From Methanolinea sp. (GTDB taxonomy: Archaea; Halobacteriota; Methanomicrobia; Methanomicrobiales; Methanospirillaceae): a stretch of DNA of 64,000 bases. Location: assembly GCA_033813295.1 (NCBI GenBank), contig JAPXRZ010000002.1, forward strand, positions 75,803-139,802, given 5' to 3'. Numbering within the stretch: position 1 is the stretch's first letter; every line of letters starts with the position of its first letter. Shown one piece after another: positions 40,147-50,562 of the stretch. Position numbers and translations under genes: made by a program. The notes beneath the pieces were generated by a model that did not search any database, was not told the origin of the DNA, and saw only the letters and a list, made by a program, of their open reading frames with translations.

Positions 40147-40749
40147 ATGCCTGTACGGTGGATCCCCGGCGGGAACTTTCTCGGGAATTCTTACCTCGCC
40201 GGCGGGGTGCTGGTGGATGCCGGTGTCCCGCCCACTGCCCTGGAGCGCTGGAAAAACGAGATCAGGGAGATCGTCATCACCCACTGCCACTATGACCACA
40301 TTGCCTATGTCCGGGAGATAGCCCACATGTGCAAGGCTCCAATCAGCATCCACCGCCTGGATGCCGCGGGCCTCTCGAGTGACACAACCTCGCTCTCCCT
40401 GCACTTTGGGGCCCGTTCGCCCGGCCTTGCCCCCGGCCGGGTCCTGGAAGACGGGGATTCCGTCGGTGAGTTCCGGGTGCTGCACACCCCCGGCCATACC
40501 CCGGGGAGCATCTGCCTCTACCATGCCGGAGAGCAGGCCCTCATCTCGGGGGACACGGTCTTTACCGACGGCGGCTTCGGGCGCTTTGATTTCCCCGGGG
40601 GGAGCCGGGCGGACCTGGCGCGATCCCTGGAGCGCCTGTCTGAGCTCACGGTCCGGGGGCTCTACCCGGGCCACGGATCACCGGTGGACCAGGGTGGCAA
40701 CCGCCATATCAGCGCTGCCATGGAGTTCCTCCGGACGACTGCCGACTGA
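40147..40749 (+). CDS. MBL-fold metallo-hydrolase
   Basis: Motifs ITHCHYDH, HTPGHTPGS and YPGHG. Start trimmed to ATG 40147, so it is divergent from thiC. Confidence 0.85.
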   Translation: MPVRWIPGGNFLGNSYLAGGVLVDAGVPPTALERWKNEIREIVITHCHYDHIAYVREIAHMCKAPISIHRLDAAGLSSDTTSLSLHFGARSPGLAPGRVLEDGDSVGEFRVLHTPGHTPGSICLYHAGEQALISGDTVFTDGGFGRFDFPGGSRADLARSLERLSELTVRGLYPGHGSPVDQGGNRHISAAMEFLRTTAD

Positions 40750-40755
40750 CCCCTC

Positions 40756-41193
40756 ATGGCCGCCGGCACCTACTGTCTCCTCCTGGAAAACGGGCCTGCC
40801 TGCGTAAAGGTCGGTGCCCTGGGGCCCACCAGGTTTCCGGCAGGTTACCACGTGTACGTCGGGTCGGCCCTGGGACCGGGAGGGCTCTCCCGGGTATCCC
40901 GCCACGCCAGGCTTTCCCGGGGAGAGCCCGGGCCCAGGCTTCGCTGGCATATCGACTATCTCCTGCGGTCTCCCGCCTTCCGGCTCGACTCCGCCATGTG
41001 CGTGGTCACCCCGGAGCGGCTGGAATGCCGCCTGGCCGGGCTCCTCCCCGGCAGCCCGGTGCCGGGATTCGGGTGCAGCGACTGTAAGTGCCCCTCCCAC
41101 CTCTTTTCCTTTGCGGATTACCCCCGGGCTGCGGTCACCGGGGCCATGCACCGGCTCGCTCCCGGTGTGCCCATCAAAACCATCAAAATATAG
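40756..41193 (+). CDS. DUF123 (GIY-YIG-like) protein
   Basis: Motifs GTYCLLL, GYHVYVGSALG and RWHIDYL, the DUF123/Uri-superfamily pattern. Confidence 0.75.
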   Translation: MAAGTYCLLLENGPACVKVGALGPTRFPAGYHVYVGSALGPGGLSRVSRHARLSRGEPGPRLRWHIDYLLRSPAFRLDSAMCVVTPERLECRLAGLLPGSPVPGFGCSDCKCPSHLFSFADYPRAAVTGAMHRLAPGVPIKTIKI

Positions 41194-41211
41194 GAGGTGA
41201 TAGTTAGAACC

Positions 41212-41763
41212 ATGACGGTTTTAGGGCTGTGCGGGAGCCAGCGCAAGGAAGGGAACACCGCTCTCCTCGTCCGGGCCATCCTCGAGCGGTGCGAGGAGGC
41301 GGAGGTTCCGACCGAGTTCGTTTCCCTTGCGGGAAAAGAGATCAAGCCCTGCCTGGGGTGCGAGAAGTGCAAGGAGCACCAGTGGTGCGTGGTCAGGAAC
41401 GACGACTGGAGCGAGGTTATGGAGAAGGTCCTGGCCTGCGAGGTCCTCGTGATCGGTTCCCCGACCTACTACTTTGATGTAAACGGCCACCTCAAGAACT
41501 TCATCGACCGCAGTTACTCTCTCTACCACAAGCGGCAGCTTGCCGGCCGGAAAGCGGTCGCAGTGGCGGTCTGCGCCAACAAGGGCGGCGCAAGGACCAT
41601 CGAGACCCTGGAAGGGTTCCTGGGGGCCCACGAGTTCTCATATCTCGGGTGGGTGCGGGGGAAGGGTTACCTGGAGGGGGAGGTGCTCAGGGACCACCAG
41701 GCCATGCGCAGGGCCCGCGAAATCGGGGACAAGATCGTCCAGTTCCTCAAACCTCACGATTGA
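41212..41763 (+). CDS. iron-sulfur flavoprotein / NADPH-dependent FMN reductase family
   Basis: Motifs LGLCGSQRKEGNT, CLGCEKC and IGSPTYYF. A TAGGAGGTGA SD lies 12 nt upstream of ATG 41212. Confidence 0.85.
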   Translation: MTVLGLCGSQRKEGNTALLVRAILERCEEAEVPTEFVSLAGKEIKPCLGCEKCKEHQWCVVRNDDWSEVMEKVLACEVLVIGSPTYYFDVNGHLKNFIDRSYSLYHKRQLAGRKAVAVAVCANKGGARTIETLEGFLGAHEFSYLGWVRGKGYLEGEVLRDHQAMRRAREIGDKIVQFLKPHD

Positions 41764-41783
41764 AATCTCTTTTTTCCCGTCTT

Positions 41784-42833
41784 TTAATGCCGGTGGTGGA
41801 TATCCGGCGAGTGGGGGTGGTCATGTTCCATGGGCTCGTGCACGTGCACATGGGTATGCCCGCCGACCCGGTCATCCCCGTGGTCATGGAAGTGGTGGCC
41901 GTCGTCATGGCGGTGACGGTGCTCGTGCACCAGGCGCTCATGGACATGGGCATGCCCGTGCTGCTCAGATACCAGGAGCCAGGCCCCGGCTATCATCAGG
42001 GGCAGGGCGGCCAGGAACTGCAGGTCTGGGGCTTCCCAGAAGATGAGGACCGATGCACCCACCCCGACGAAGGGGGCGGCCCCGAAGTAGGCCCCGGTCC
42101 GGGATGCCCCCATGCTCCGGAGCGAGAGGATGAAGAAAAAGCTGGAAAGCCCGAAACAGCAGAAGCCAAGGACCAGGGCGCCGGCTGCCTGGGCCGGGGC
42201 GGGAACCGGGACATGCAGGGCAAGGGCAGCGAGGAGGGAAATGCTCCCTGCTGCCAGGCCCTTGAATGTGGCAATGGCAGCCGGGTCCCGCAGGGAGATG
42301 ACGCGGGTAAAATTGTTGTCCAGGCCCCAAATGGCGCAGGAGGCCACGATGGCCAGTGCCCCCCATGAGAGGCCGTAGACCCCTGATAGGTCAAGGGTGA
42401 GGGCAATGGCGGCCATGGTGATGAGCAGCACCGCGACCGCGACGCGGCGCCCCACGTGCTCGTGGAAGATGCCCCAGGCTATCAACGTGGTGGCCACTGC
42501 TTCAAAGTTGAGCAGCAGGGAAGCGGTCGTCGCCGGTGTGACCGAGAGCCCTGCCATCAGGAGGTTGGGGGCCAGGAACCCCCCTGCAAGCATGGTTCCG
42601 AGGAGCCAGGGGATATCTTTCCGCCGCAGGCGGGCTTCGGCCACCTCCCTCCCGCGCCGGCGGGTGACGATGAAGACGAGGGCCATGGAAGCCCCCATCC
42701 CCAGGTAGAGGAGGCTCGAGAGCAGGACCGGGTGGATCCCGGTCCCCAGGAGCTTGGCAAGCGGGGTGCTCACCCCGAAGAGCGTGGCGGCCAGGAGCGG
42801 GTAGGCAACCGGGGGAATGGTCTGGGGCGGCAT
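41784..42833 (-). CDS. EamA/DMT-family transporter with a ~60-aa histidine-rich C-terminal tail
   Basis: Ten hydrophobic helices in two EamA halves. The tail is EQHGHAHVHERLVHEHRHRHDDGHHFHDHGDD...HTHVHVHEPMEHDHPHSPDIHHRH. Start trimmed to ATG 42833. Confidence 0.85.
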   Translation of the reverse strand: MPPQTIPPVAYPLLAATLFGVSTPLAKLLGTGIHPVLLSSLLYLGMGASMALVFIVTRRRGREVAEARLRRKDIPWLLGTMLAGGFLAPNLLMAGLSVTPATTASLLLNFEAVATTLIAWGIFHEHVGRRVAVAVLLITMAAIALTLDLSGVYGLSWGALAIVASCAIWGLDNNFTRVISLRDPAAIATFKGLAAGSISLLAALALHVPVPAPAQAAGALVLGFCCFGLSSFFFILSLRSMGASRTGAYFGAAPFVGVGASVLIFWEAPDLQFLAALPLMIAGAWLLVSEQHGHAHVHERLVHEHRHRHDDGHHFHDHGDDRVGGHTHVHVHEPMEHDHPHSPDIHHRH

Positions 42834-42897
42834 GGGCGGTTCCCTGGTAAATTCAGTAGTATCGGACCCGGTCCCACAAATTGCTATCGGGAGGTAA

Positions 42898-44043
42898 TTA
42901 TCGGCTGCCCGGCCTGGGGCCGGCGGTCTCGTAGAGGGTTGTCCGCTCCTGGAGTGGCCGGCCGAGGTCGCTTGCCATGCGGCGCATCTCCGCGGGGTCC
43001 AGGTAGTCGGTATCCACTGCACCTGCACCCTTGGAGATGCTCTCCTCGAACATGGTCCCACCCAGGTCGTCCCCGCCGGCCAGGAGCCCGATCTGCGCCA
43101 TCTTCACCCCAAGCTTGACCCATGACACCTGGATGTGCGGGATGTTGTCCAGGAAGAGGCGCGGCACCGCGATCATGAGCAGGTCCTCCCTGCCCGTGGC
43201 ACCCGCCCTTGCCACGCCCCGGCGGTAGAGTGGGGTATTCCGGTGCACGAAGGAGAGCGGTACGAACTCGGTGAATCCCCTGGTATCGTCCTGGATTTCG
43301 CGGATGATCGCGAGGTGCCGCGCCCAGTCACCCTCGGATTCGCAGTGCCCGTACATGATGGTGGCCGTCGACCGGATGCCAAGTGCATGGGCTTCCCGGA
43401 TGATTCGCACCCATTCGGCCGTGCGAACCTTGCCCGGACAGATTACCTGGCGGACCTCGTCGACCAGGATCTCGGCCGCTGTTCCGCACAGGGTCCCGAG
43501 GCCGGCCTCTTTCATCCGCTCGAGCATCTCGCGCGTGGAGATCCCGCTCTTCCGGGCGCCGTACGCGACTTCCATGGGATTGCTGGCATGGAGGTGAACC
43601 CCTGGCGCTGCTTCCCGTATCCAGGAGAGGATGTCCGTATAGGAGTCCGCATTAAAATCTGGATGCAGCCCGCTCACCGTGCATATTTCCGTCACGTTCC
43701 GGGACCGGGCAAGGGACGCCTTCTCCCGGATTACCTCCTTTGGATGGCAGAACGCATCTGCATCCCCCGGTTTGCGGGAGAAACCGCAGAATCCGCAGGC
43801 ATTCACGCAGAGGTTGGTGACATTGATGTTCTGGTTGCGGACGTAGGTGACCATTTCCCCCACCCTGCGGGCCCTCTGGCGGTCCGCTGCAGCGGCCACC
43901 TCCCAGACCTCGCGGCCACGGACCCGGAAGAGCGCCTCCGCCTCCCCGGGTGAGAGCCGGTGCCCCTCCAGGACATCTTCCATCAGTCCCCGCAGCGCCG
44001 CCCCGGAGAGCGGAGGTGCCATTGCCATGCTACCCTTTGACAT
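42898..44043 (-). CDS. cofH: CofH-type radical-SAM enzyme (FO synthase subunit 2-like)
   Basis: Motifs NQNINVTNLCVNACGFCGF (CxxxCxxC), GGDDLGGTMFEESISKGAGA and RTTLYE. Confidence 0.8.
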   Translation of the reverse strand: MSKGSMAMAPPLSGAALRGLMEDVLEGHRLSPGEAEALFRVRGREVWEVAAAADRQRARRVGEMVTYVRNQNINVTNLCVNACGFCGFSRKPGDADAFCHPKEVIREKASLARSRNVTEICTVSGLHPDFNADSYTDILSWIREAAPGVHLHASNPMEVAYGARKSGISTREMLERMKEAGLGTLCGTAAEILVDEVRQVICPGKVRTAEWVRIIREAHALGIRSTATIMYGHCESEGDWARHLAIIREIQDDTRGFTEFVPLSFVHRNTPLYRRGVARAGATGREDLLMIAVPRLFLDNIPHIQVSWVKLGVKMAQIGLLAGGDDLGGTMFEESISKGAGAVDTDYLDPAEMRRMASDLGRPLQERTTLYETAGPRPGSR

Positions 44044-44124
44044 TCCTTCGTGAGCTGTATTGCACCATCTATGATAAAGGAACTCCCGCAGGTATCATCT
44101 CCTGCTGCTGCCACAGCTAGGGTG

Positions 44125-44430
44125 ATGATGCATGAGCAGCATGTACCGCTCCGGAACGGGGTGGGGGCAGGGTTTGTCATCCCGGCCGGGCCGGTGAACC
44201 TGGTGGGGGTAGTGGCCGCACGAGGCCTGGTGGGCTGCGGGGCTATTGATGTGGCCGCACTGGAGCGGTTCGGCTACCCGGCGGCCCGGGTCCGGCCGAC
44301 CCGGGGGCCCTCGGTGGCCACCATCGACGACCTCATGGCCGGAGAGGTGAAAGAGGCCAATACAGGGGCTTCCGCTCTCGGGGTCAGGGTAGGGATGAGC
44401 GGCAGGGAAGCCCTCGACCTTCTCTCGTGA
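44125..44430 (+). CDS. DUF1805 (YunC-like) protein
   Basis: Motifs GFVIPAGPVNLVGVVAARGLVGCGAIDV and a C-terminal VATIDDLMAGEV. Track start is GTG 44050; ATG 44125 preferred. Confidence 0.7.
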   Translation: MMHEQHVPLRNGVGAGFVIPAGPVNLVGVVAARGLVGCGAIDVAALERFGYPAARVRPTRGPSVATIDDLMAGEVKEANTGASALGVRVGMSGREALDLLS

Positions 44431-44621
44431 AAACGGTCTCCGGGCATAGTGAAGACCTGTGCATAAGGCTTAAAGAGGAGGAGTTATCCATTCCGGCATA
44501 CAAAAGGCACAATGAGGAGGGAGAGCTCGGCCAGAGGGAGATGATTACGGGGAAACTATTCTATTCCGTTTTAAAAAGGACCACATCATCATTTCATCTG
44601 TAGTTCACTCCGGCCCGTGGA

Positions 44622-45722
44622 TCAACCCGGTGCCAGCGAATAATCCGTAAACCTCCGGCGCAGGACACGTCCAATGTCCGCTGCCATCCGTTCCATCTCC
44701 GTCTGGTCCAGGAACTCCGCCCCGGCTGCCCCTGCCTCCATGGTGACGTCGTCAGAGAACATGGTGCCTCCCAGGTCGTTTCCGCCACAGAGGAGGGCCG
44801 CCTGCGAGAGGCTGGGCCCAAGCTTCCCCCAGGAGACCTGGATATTGCGGAAGTTGTCCAGGAAGAGGCGGGACATGGCGATAAGGAGCAGGTCATCCCG
44901 GCCCGTGGCTCCGGCCGGCGCCTTCCCTTCCCGGAAAAGAGCGGTGTTCCAGTGGAGGTACGAGAGTGGGACCAGCTCGGTGAATCCCCCGGTATCGTCC
45001 TGGATCTCCCGGAGGATGGCCAGGTGGCGGACCCGGTCACGCGGGCCCTCGCAGGAACCATACATGATGGTCGCCGTCGTCGGGATGCTGAGGCGGTGAG
45101 CCTCCCGGATGATCCGCACCCATTCAGCAGAGGAAAGCTTCTTCGGGCAGATGACCGCCCGCACCTCGTCCACTAGTATCTCTGCAGCGGTGCCCTGGAG
45201 GGAGCCGAGACCCGCCTCCTTCAGGCGGGCCAGGACCTCGCGGGCCGGGATGCCGGAAAGGACTGCCGCATGGTTCACCTCGTCGGGGCTGAAGGCATGG
45301 AGGTGGATCCCGGGTGCTGCCCCGTGCACCCAGGCCAGGACCTCGCTGTACCGTCCTGCATCAAACCCCGGGTGAACCCCGGAGAGGAGGCAGATTTCCG
45401 TAACGCCCCGGGAAACCGCCAGCCGGGCCTTCCGCTCGATGCTCTCCCGGTCATCCAGGTAGGCGCCAGGATCCGAGGCTCTCCTTCCGAAGGCACAGAA
45501 ACCGCAGAGGTTCTTGCAGATGTTGGTGATGTGGATATTCTGGTTGCGGACGCAGGTGACGATCGGGCCGGCCTTTGCCTCCCTTACCCGGTCTGCAGCA
45601 GTAAGGATAGAGTAGACATCGTGGCCCCGGCAGGAGAGGAGGTCCAGGGCTTCCGCCTCAGTCAGCCGGTGGCCCCCCTCCACGTCAGCGAGGAGGGTAT
45701 GCAGGCCCCTGGAACCCGACAC
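44622..45722 (-). CDS. second CofH-type radical-SAM paralogue
   Basis: Motifs NQNIHITNICKNLCGFCAF and GGNDLGGTMFSDDV. Long blocks are nearly identical to the 42898-44043 product. GTG start 3 nt after the signal peptidase stop. Confidence 0.8.
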   Translation of the reverse strand: MSGSRGLHTLLADVEGGHRLTEAEALDLLSCRGHDVYSILTAADRVREAKAGPIVTCVRNQNIHITNICKNLCGFCAFGRRASDPGAYLDDRESIERKARLAVSRGVTEICLLSGVHPGFDAGRYSEVLAWVHGAAPGIHLHAFSPDEVNHAAVLSGIPAREVLARLKEAGLGSLQGTAAEILVDEVRAVICPKKLSSAEWVRIIREAHRLSIPTTATIMYGSCEGPRDRVRHLAILREIQDDTGGFTELVPLSYLHWNTALFREGKAPAGATGRDDLLLIAMSRLFLDNFRNIQVSWGKLGPSLSQAALLCGGNDLGGTMFSDDVTMEAGAAGAEFLDQTEMERMAADIGRVLRRRFTDYSLAPG

Positions 45723-45725
45723 CCG

Positions 45726-46634
45726 TCACTTCCTGCCCCGGGAAGGTTTCCTGCCGGATTTGGCTGCAGTTTTCGTTTTCCCTTTCGCGGCCCCCTTCTG
45801 TCTCTGGTAGTATTCCCAGAGGAGCATCAGGGCGATGATGATGATGGCAACCGGCACGATGTTTAGGGGGAGATACCCGAGAAGGGGGATGGAAAAGAGG
45901 GCCTTCCCCACAACCCATTCCTTTTTGACCGGCTGGATGACCCCGAGGTCTCTCCGGGAGAGGAATCCTCCCTGGTCGCTCACGTAGTTGTTGTCGCCGC
46001 GGGTGATGAACCCGGGATTCGCCGCCGGCGTCCCGGAATCTGAAATATAACCATAATCGGGCGATGTATTGGCCGTATCAGGAACGAGCCTGCCAGAGAC
46101 CACACGGGCCACCACCGTCCCGTTCGACAGGGTCCAAACCGAATCCCCGATCGTTACAGGGAGGTATTCTTTCGGGCTGTCTGCACCGGGGTAGAAGTAA
46201 TAATACCTGGGGATACTGCCGTTGCCATCGAATTCGGTTATGGCACGGTGGATGATGGGGTGCACCCCCATGCCGAGGACCGGGATAGCCGACCCGGATG
46301 CCCCGTTCGGCTGGTATATTATGATATCCCCGAACCCGCCGTACTTCTCGTACTGAGTGGACCTGGCATCCTCCCAGGTCTGCAGCGGCCCGAACCGGTC
46401 GGCGGCAGCCACGAAGACCAGGTCGCCGACGTGCATGTGGGGCACCATGCTCTCGGACTCGATGGTCACCACCGCAGGCCAGGTCCCGGAGACGAGGAAG
46501 AGGGCCAAGGCGATCCCCCCGACCACCGCGACCACCCAGAGGAGTTCACGCCCCAGGGAGACCCAGGGATCTTTGCTCGTCCTGAACCGGGTCCACCAGC
46601 CCGGCTTCTCCTTGTCGTCCGGCACGCGTGACAT
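45726..46634 (-). CDS. archaeal/eukaryotic-type signal peptidase I (S26B) with an extended middle region and C-terminal TM
   Basis: N-terminal TM, then the ESESMVPHMHVGDLV Ser box. C-terminal TM plus a Lys/Arg-rich tail. Confidence 0.8.
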   Translation of the reverse strand: MSRVPDDKEKPGWWTRFRTSKDPWVSLGRELLWVVAVVGGIALALFLVSGTWPAVVTIESESMVPHMHVGDLVFVAAADRFGPLQTWEDARSTQYEKYGGFGDIIIYQPNGASGSAIPVLGMGVHPIIHRAITEFDGNGSIPRYYYFYPGADSPKEYLPVTIGDSVWTLSNGTVVARVVSGRLVPDTANTSPDYGYISDSGTPAANPGFITRGDNNYVSDQGGFLSRRDLGVIQPVKKEWVVGKALFSIPLLGYLPLNIVPVAIIIIALMLLWEYYQRQKGAAKGKTKTAAKSGRKPSRGRK

Positions 46635-46794
46635 GAATATAACTCTTCACTATTTCTTTCACCGGACTATAAGGGATTCTGATCAGTTGGGCCCGGGGAT
46701 AAATGAACCTGGATTGCGGGCTTTTTAAGGGGATTCACCTGCCAGCAGGGCCGGACTGAAAGCCTGATATCGGGCATCGGCAATTATATGATCA

Positions 46795-48210
46795 ATGCTT
46801 GATGCCCAGACCATCGTGCAGCGGTTCCTGGAGACCAAGATGCAGGTCCACCCCGAGGTTGTCCGTTACCTGGCCGAAAAGGACGATCCCGGGCTGATTG
46901 ACCGCATCCTGGAAAATATCCCCGGGGACACGGTGGTGGTCTCGGTACGGCACATCCCCGGGCTCTCGCAGGACCGGGACGGAAGCCGGTTCCTCGCCGA
47001 TCCCCGGTTCGAAGTTGTCCGGGGTGCGGCGGGGAGCGCCCGGAACGCAGGCGCGACGAATGATTATATCCACTACTTCCGGGACCGTTACCAGCGGCTG
47101 GGTGCACTCATCCGGGCAAGGACCAGTCCGATGCCTATAGAGGCCCTGAAAAAGAACTCCCGCTACCGCCAGGAGGCCTGCACCATCATGGGCATGGTGC
47201 AGGAGGTGAAGGCCACGGCAAACGGACACCGCATAGCCGACCTCGAGGACCCTACCGCCTCCATTTCCGCGCTCTTCCACAAGGACCGCCCCAATTTCTC
47301 CGACGCGGAGGCCATCCTGCCAGACGAGGTGGTAGGGGTGCGGGGGACCCTCTCGGGAGATGGCAGGCTCTTCTTTGCCGAGCAGCTGTTCCGGCCGGAC
47401 GTCCCCATCAGCCATGCCCCCTACCGGAGCGAGGGGCCGGGAAAGGCCGTTCTGATCTCCGACGTGCACGTGGGCAGCGATACGTTCCTCGAAGACGCCT
47501 GGAACCGGTTTGGCGACTGGCTCCAGGACTCGGACGCCTCCTACCTCCTCATTGCGGGAGACCTGGTGGACGGGATAGGTGTCTACCCAAACCAGGAGCA
47601 GGAACTCACCATCACGAACATCTATGAACAGTACGATGTCCTTGGCAGGATGCTCCGGGACATCCCCTCCCGCATCCGCATCATCGTTTCGCCGGGCAAC
47701 CATGACGTTGTCCGGGCAGCCGAGCCCCAGCCGGCCATTCCCCCCGAATTCACCGGCACGTTCCCTGCGAACTGCACCCTGGTGGAGAATCCCGCCCTGG
47801 TCAGCCTGCAGGGGGTCATGGTGCAGATGTATCATGGACGATCCCTCGATGACCTCATCAGCCTCGTCCCCGGTGCAACCTATGAGAACGTCGCTCCCAT
47901 GATGGCAGGAATGCTCCAGCGCCGGCACCTGGCCCCCACGTATGGGCGGAAGACCCCCATTGCTGCGGGTTCGGAGGACTCCATGGTCATCGAGCCGGTC
48001 CCCGAGGTCCTCCATACCGGGCATGTGCACATCATGGGGGTCACCGAGTACCGGGGTGTACTCTGCGTGAACTCGGGGACCTGGCAGTCCCAGACCTCCT
48101 TCCAGAAGCAGATGAATATTACCCCCACGCCTGCAAAAGCCGTCCTTCTCGACCTCCAGACTCTCGTCCCCCGGGTCCTCGACTTCGAACAGAACCAGCC
48201 TGCTTTTTAA
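46795..48210 (+). CDS. polB: DNA polymerase II (PolD) small subunit DP1
   Basis: OB-fold plus calcineurin-like phosphoesterase motifs (SDVHVGS, AGDLVDG, GNHD, HTGHVH). Confidence 0.9.
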   Translation: MLDAQTIVQRFLETKMQVHPEVVRYLAEKDDPGLIDRILENIPGDTVVVSVRHIPGLSQDRDGSRFLADPRFEVVRGAAGSARNAGATNDYIHYFRDRYQRLGALIRARTSPMPIEALKKNSRYRQEACTIMGMVQEVKATANGHRIADLEDPTASISALFHKDRPNFSDAEAILPDEVVGVRGTLSGDGRLFFAEQLFRPDVPISHAPYRSEGPGKAVLISDVHVGSDTFLEDAWNRFGDWLQDSDASYLLIAGDLVDGIGVYPNQEQELTITNIYEQYDVLGRMLRDIPSRIRIIVSPGNHDVVRAAEPQPAIPPEFTGTFPANCTLVENPALVSLQGVMVQMYHGRSLDDLISLVPGATYENVAPMMAGMLQRRHLAPTYGRKTPIAAGSEDSMVIEPVPEVLHTGHVHIMGVTEYRGVLCVNSGTWQSQTSFQKQMNITPTPAKAVLLDLQTLVPRVLDFEQNQPAF

Positions 48211-48285
48211 CTGGAGGAACCAAGCTACTGAGGATCATACGACCTGTGATCAGGAGATTCGCCAGTTCTCTGGAGGATTGTACCC

Positions 48286-50319
48286 ATGGATATGATATAT
48301 CTCGTACCAGTCTGTGCGCTCATCGGGCTGCTCTTCGCGGCCTACGCATTCATTGCCATGAAGCGGGAGGGCACCGGGAATGAACTGATGCAGAAGATAG
48401 CCGCGGCTATCCGGCTGGGGGCCATGGTCTACCTGAAGCGCCAGTATACCGCGATCGCGGTCTTCGTGGTGGTCGTTGCCATCGTCCTGGCCCTGGTCAT
48501 CAACCCGCTCACGGCCCTCTGCTTCGTAGTGGGAGCGACCCTTTCGGCAGGTGCCGGGTTCATCGGGATGTCCGCGGCCACGTATGCCAACGTCCGGACC
48601 ACCAACGCTGCGAAGGAGGGGATGGCAAAGGCATTCCGGGTGTCATACGCCAGCGGCACAGTCATGGGGCTCGTTGTGGTGAGCTTCGGGGTCATGGGGC
48701 TTTCACTCCTCTTCATCGGGTTAAGCACCTTCACTTCGCTCACCCTGGAAAACGTGGTCAGCGTCCTGCTGGGGTTCTCGATGGGTGCGAGTTCCATCGC
48801 CCTCTTTGCCAGGGTCGGGGGCGGAATCTTCACCAAGGCTGCCGACGTGGGTGCTGACCTGGTGGGCAAGGTAGAGGCCGGGATACCCGAGGACGACCCC
48901 CGGAACCCGGCTGTCATCGCCGACAACGTGGGAGACAACGTGGGAGACATCGCGGGTATGGGTGCCGACCTCTACGAGTCCTACGTCGGCTCCATCATCG
49001 CCCCGATGGCCGTAGGCGCGGCCGCCATATCCGCAACGCAGTTCGCCGGAGTCCCTATCCTCAATGTCGTGCTCCTGCCCATGATGGTCGCAGCCCTCGG
49101 CATCCTCGCGTCAATCGTAGGGACGTTCTTCGTGCGCAGCTCCCGGAACGAGAGCAGCGCCATCCACAAGGCCTTCAACGTGGGGACATTCACGAGCCTG
49201 GTGCTGACCGTGATCGCCACTTATTGGCTGGTCACGACCATGCTAGGGCCGCAGTACCTTGGAGTATTCATAGCCACCATCGCCGGCCTCATTGCCGGTT
49301 TCCTGATAGGGCTGGTCACCGAGTACTATACTTCATACGATCGTCCACCAACCCGGCGGATCGTCAAGGCAACAGAGACCGGGGCTGCAACTGACATCAT
49401 CGCCGGCCTGGCTGTTGGTTTTGAGAGCACTATCTGGCCTGTCGTCATCGTCGTGGGGGCGATCCTGATCGCCGCCCAGCAGGCCGGTCTCTACGGTATC
49501 TCGCTCGCCGGCCTGGGCATGCTGGCCACCCTGGGCATCACCCTCTCGGTTGACGCCTACGGGCCGGTCGCCGACAACGCGGGGGGCATCGCCGAGATGT
49601 CCAGGCAGGGCAAGGAGGTCAGGGAGATCACCGATACCCTTGATGCGGTAGGTAATACCACCGCAGCAATTGGGAAGGGCTTCGCAATCGGTGGAGCTGC
49701 CCTGACCGCCCTCGGTTTGTTCGCGGCCTATACCCAGGCGGTCGGCCTCAAGATGGTGGACATGCTCGATCCTTCGGGCATGGTCTTCGTGGGCATCCTC
49801 ATCGGGGCCGTGCTGCCGTTCCTCTTCTGCTCCTTTGCCCTGGCGGCGGTCGGGAAAGCTGCAGGGTTCATCGTTGAGGAGGTACGGCGCCAGTTCAAGG
49901 AGATCCCCGGCCTGATGGAAGGGAAGGCCGATCCCGACTACAGCTCCTGCATCACCATTTCTACGAACGCAGCCTTGAGGCAGATGATAGTACCAGGCCT
50001 CCTGGCAATCGTCGCCCCACTCTTCGTCGGGTTTGTCCTCGGCCCTGAAGCCCTGGCCGGGCTCCTGGTCGGGTCCATTGCCACCGGGTTCATCGTGGCC
50101 ATCATGATGGCCAATGCCGGGGGCGCCTGGGACAATACCAAGAAGTACATCGAGCAGGGGCACCTTGGCGGCAAGGGCTCCCCCGCCCACAAGGCTGCCG
50201 TCACCGGCGACACGGTCGGCGATCCGTTCAAGGACACTGCCGGGCCGTCGCTGAACATCCTGCTCAAGTTGATGGCCATCGTGGCCGCGGTCTTTGCCCC
50301 GCTCCTCCTCCTCTATTAA
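48286..50319 (+). CDS. hppA: membrane-bound H+/Na+-translocating pyrophosphatase
   Basis: 677 aa and multi-pass. Motifs [29 protein letters not shown] and [11 protein letters not shown]. Confidence 0.95.
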   Translation: MDMIYLVPVCALIGLLFAAYAFIAMKREGTGNELMQKIAAAIRLGAMVYLKRQYTAIAVFVVVVAIVLALVINPLTALCFVVGATLSAGAGFIGMSAATYANVRTTNAAKEGMAKAFRVSYASGTVMGLVVVSFGVMGLSLLFIGLSTFTSLTLENVVSVLLGFSMGASSIALFARVGGGIFTKAADVGADLVGKVEAGIPEDDPRNPAVIADNVGDNVGDIAGMGADLYESYVGSIIAPMAVGAAAISATQFAGVPILNVVLLPMMVAALGILASIVGTFFVRSSRNESSAIHKAFNVGTFTSLVLTVIATYWLVTTMLGPQYLGVFIATIAGLIAGFLIGLVTEYYTSYDRPPTRRIVKATETGAATDIIAGLAVGFESTIWPVVIVVGAILIAAQQAGLYGISLAGLGMLATLGITLSVDAYGPVADNAGGIAEMSRQGKEVREITDTLDAVGNTTAAIGKGFAIGGAALTALGLFAAYTQAVGLKMVDMLDPSGMVFVGILIGAVLPFLFCSFALAAVGKAAGFIVEEVRRQFKEIPGLMEGKADPDYSSCITISTNAALRQMIVPGLLAIVAPLFVGFVLGPEALAGLLVGSIATGFIVAIMMANAGGAWDNTKKYIEQGHLGGKGSPAHKAAVTGDTVGDPFKDTAGPSLNILLKLMAIVAAVFAPLLLLY

Positions 50320-50321
50320 CA

Positions 50322-50403
50322 TTTTTTCGGTCCGGGGTCGCAAAACCCGATACCGGGGAAATTTACCCGATGAAGAGATACGTGTGTGAAAACTTTTTTT
50401 TTT
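50322..50403 (+). terminator. oligo-T terminator tracts downstream of hppA
   Basis: T6 at 50322-50327, two nt after the TAA. A T10 run sits at 50394-50403. Confidence 0.45.
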
Positions 50404-50562
50404 GGATTTTTGATGCCACATCGAAAAGGCATCTTACCTTGACTGCTAACGCACCCGGCGCCCTCGATCACCTCGTCCACGGTTTCCCGGGGGGAGTGGC
50501 AGGGATCTCTCGCGCCGCCATGACAAAACATTACCAGGCGAATCCGGAAGGCATCGACAAGG

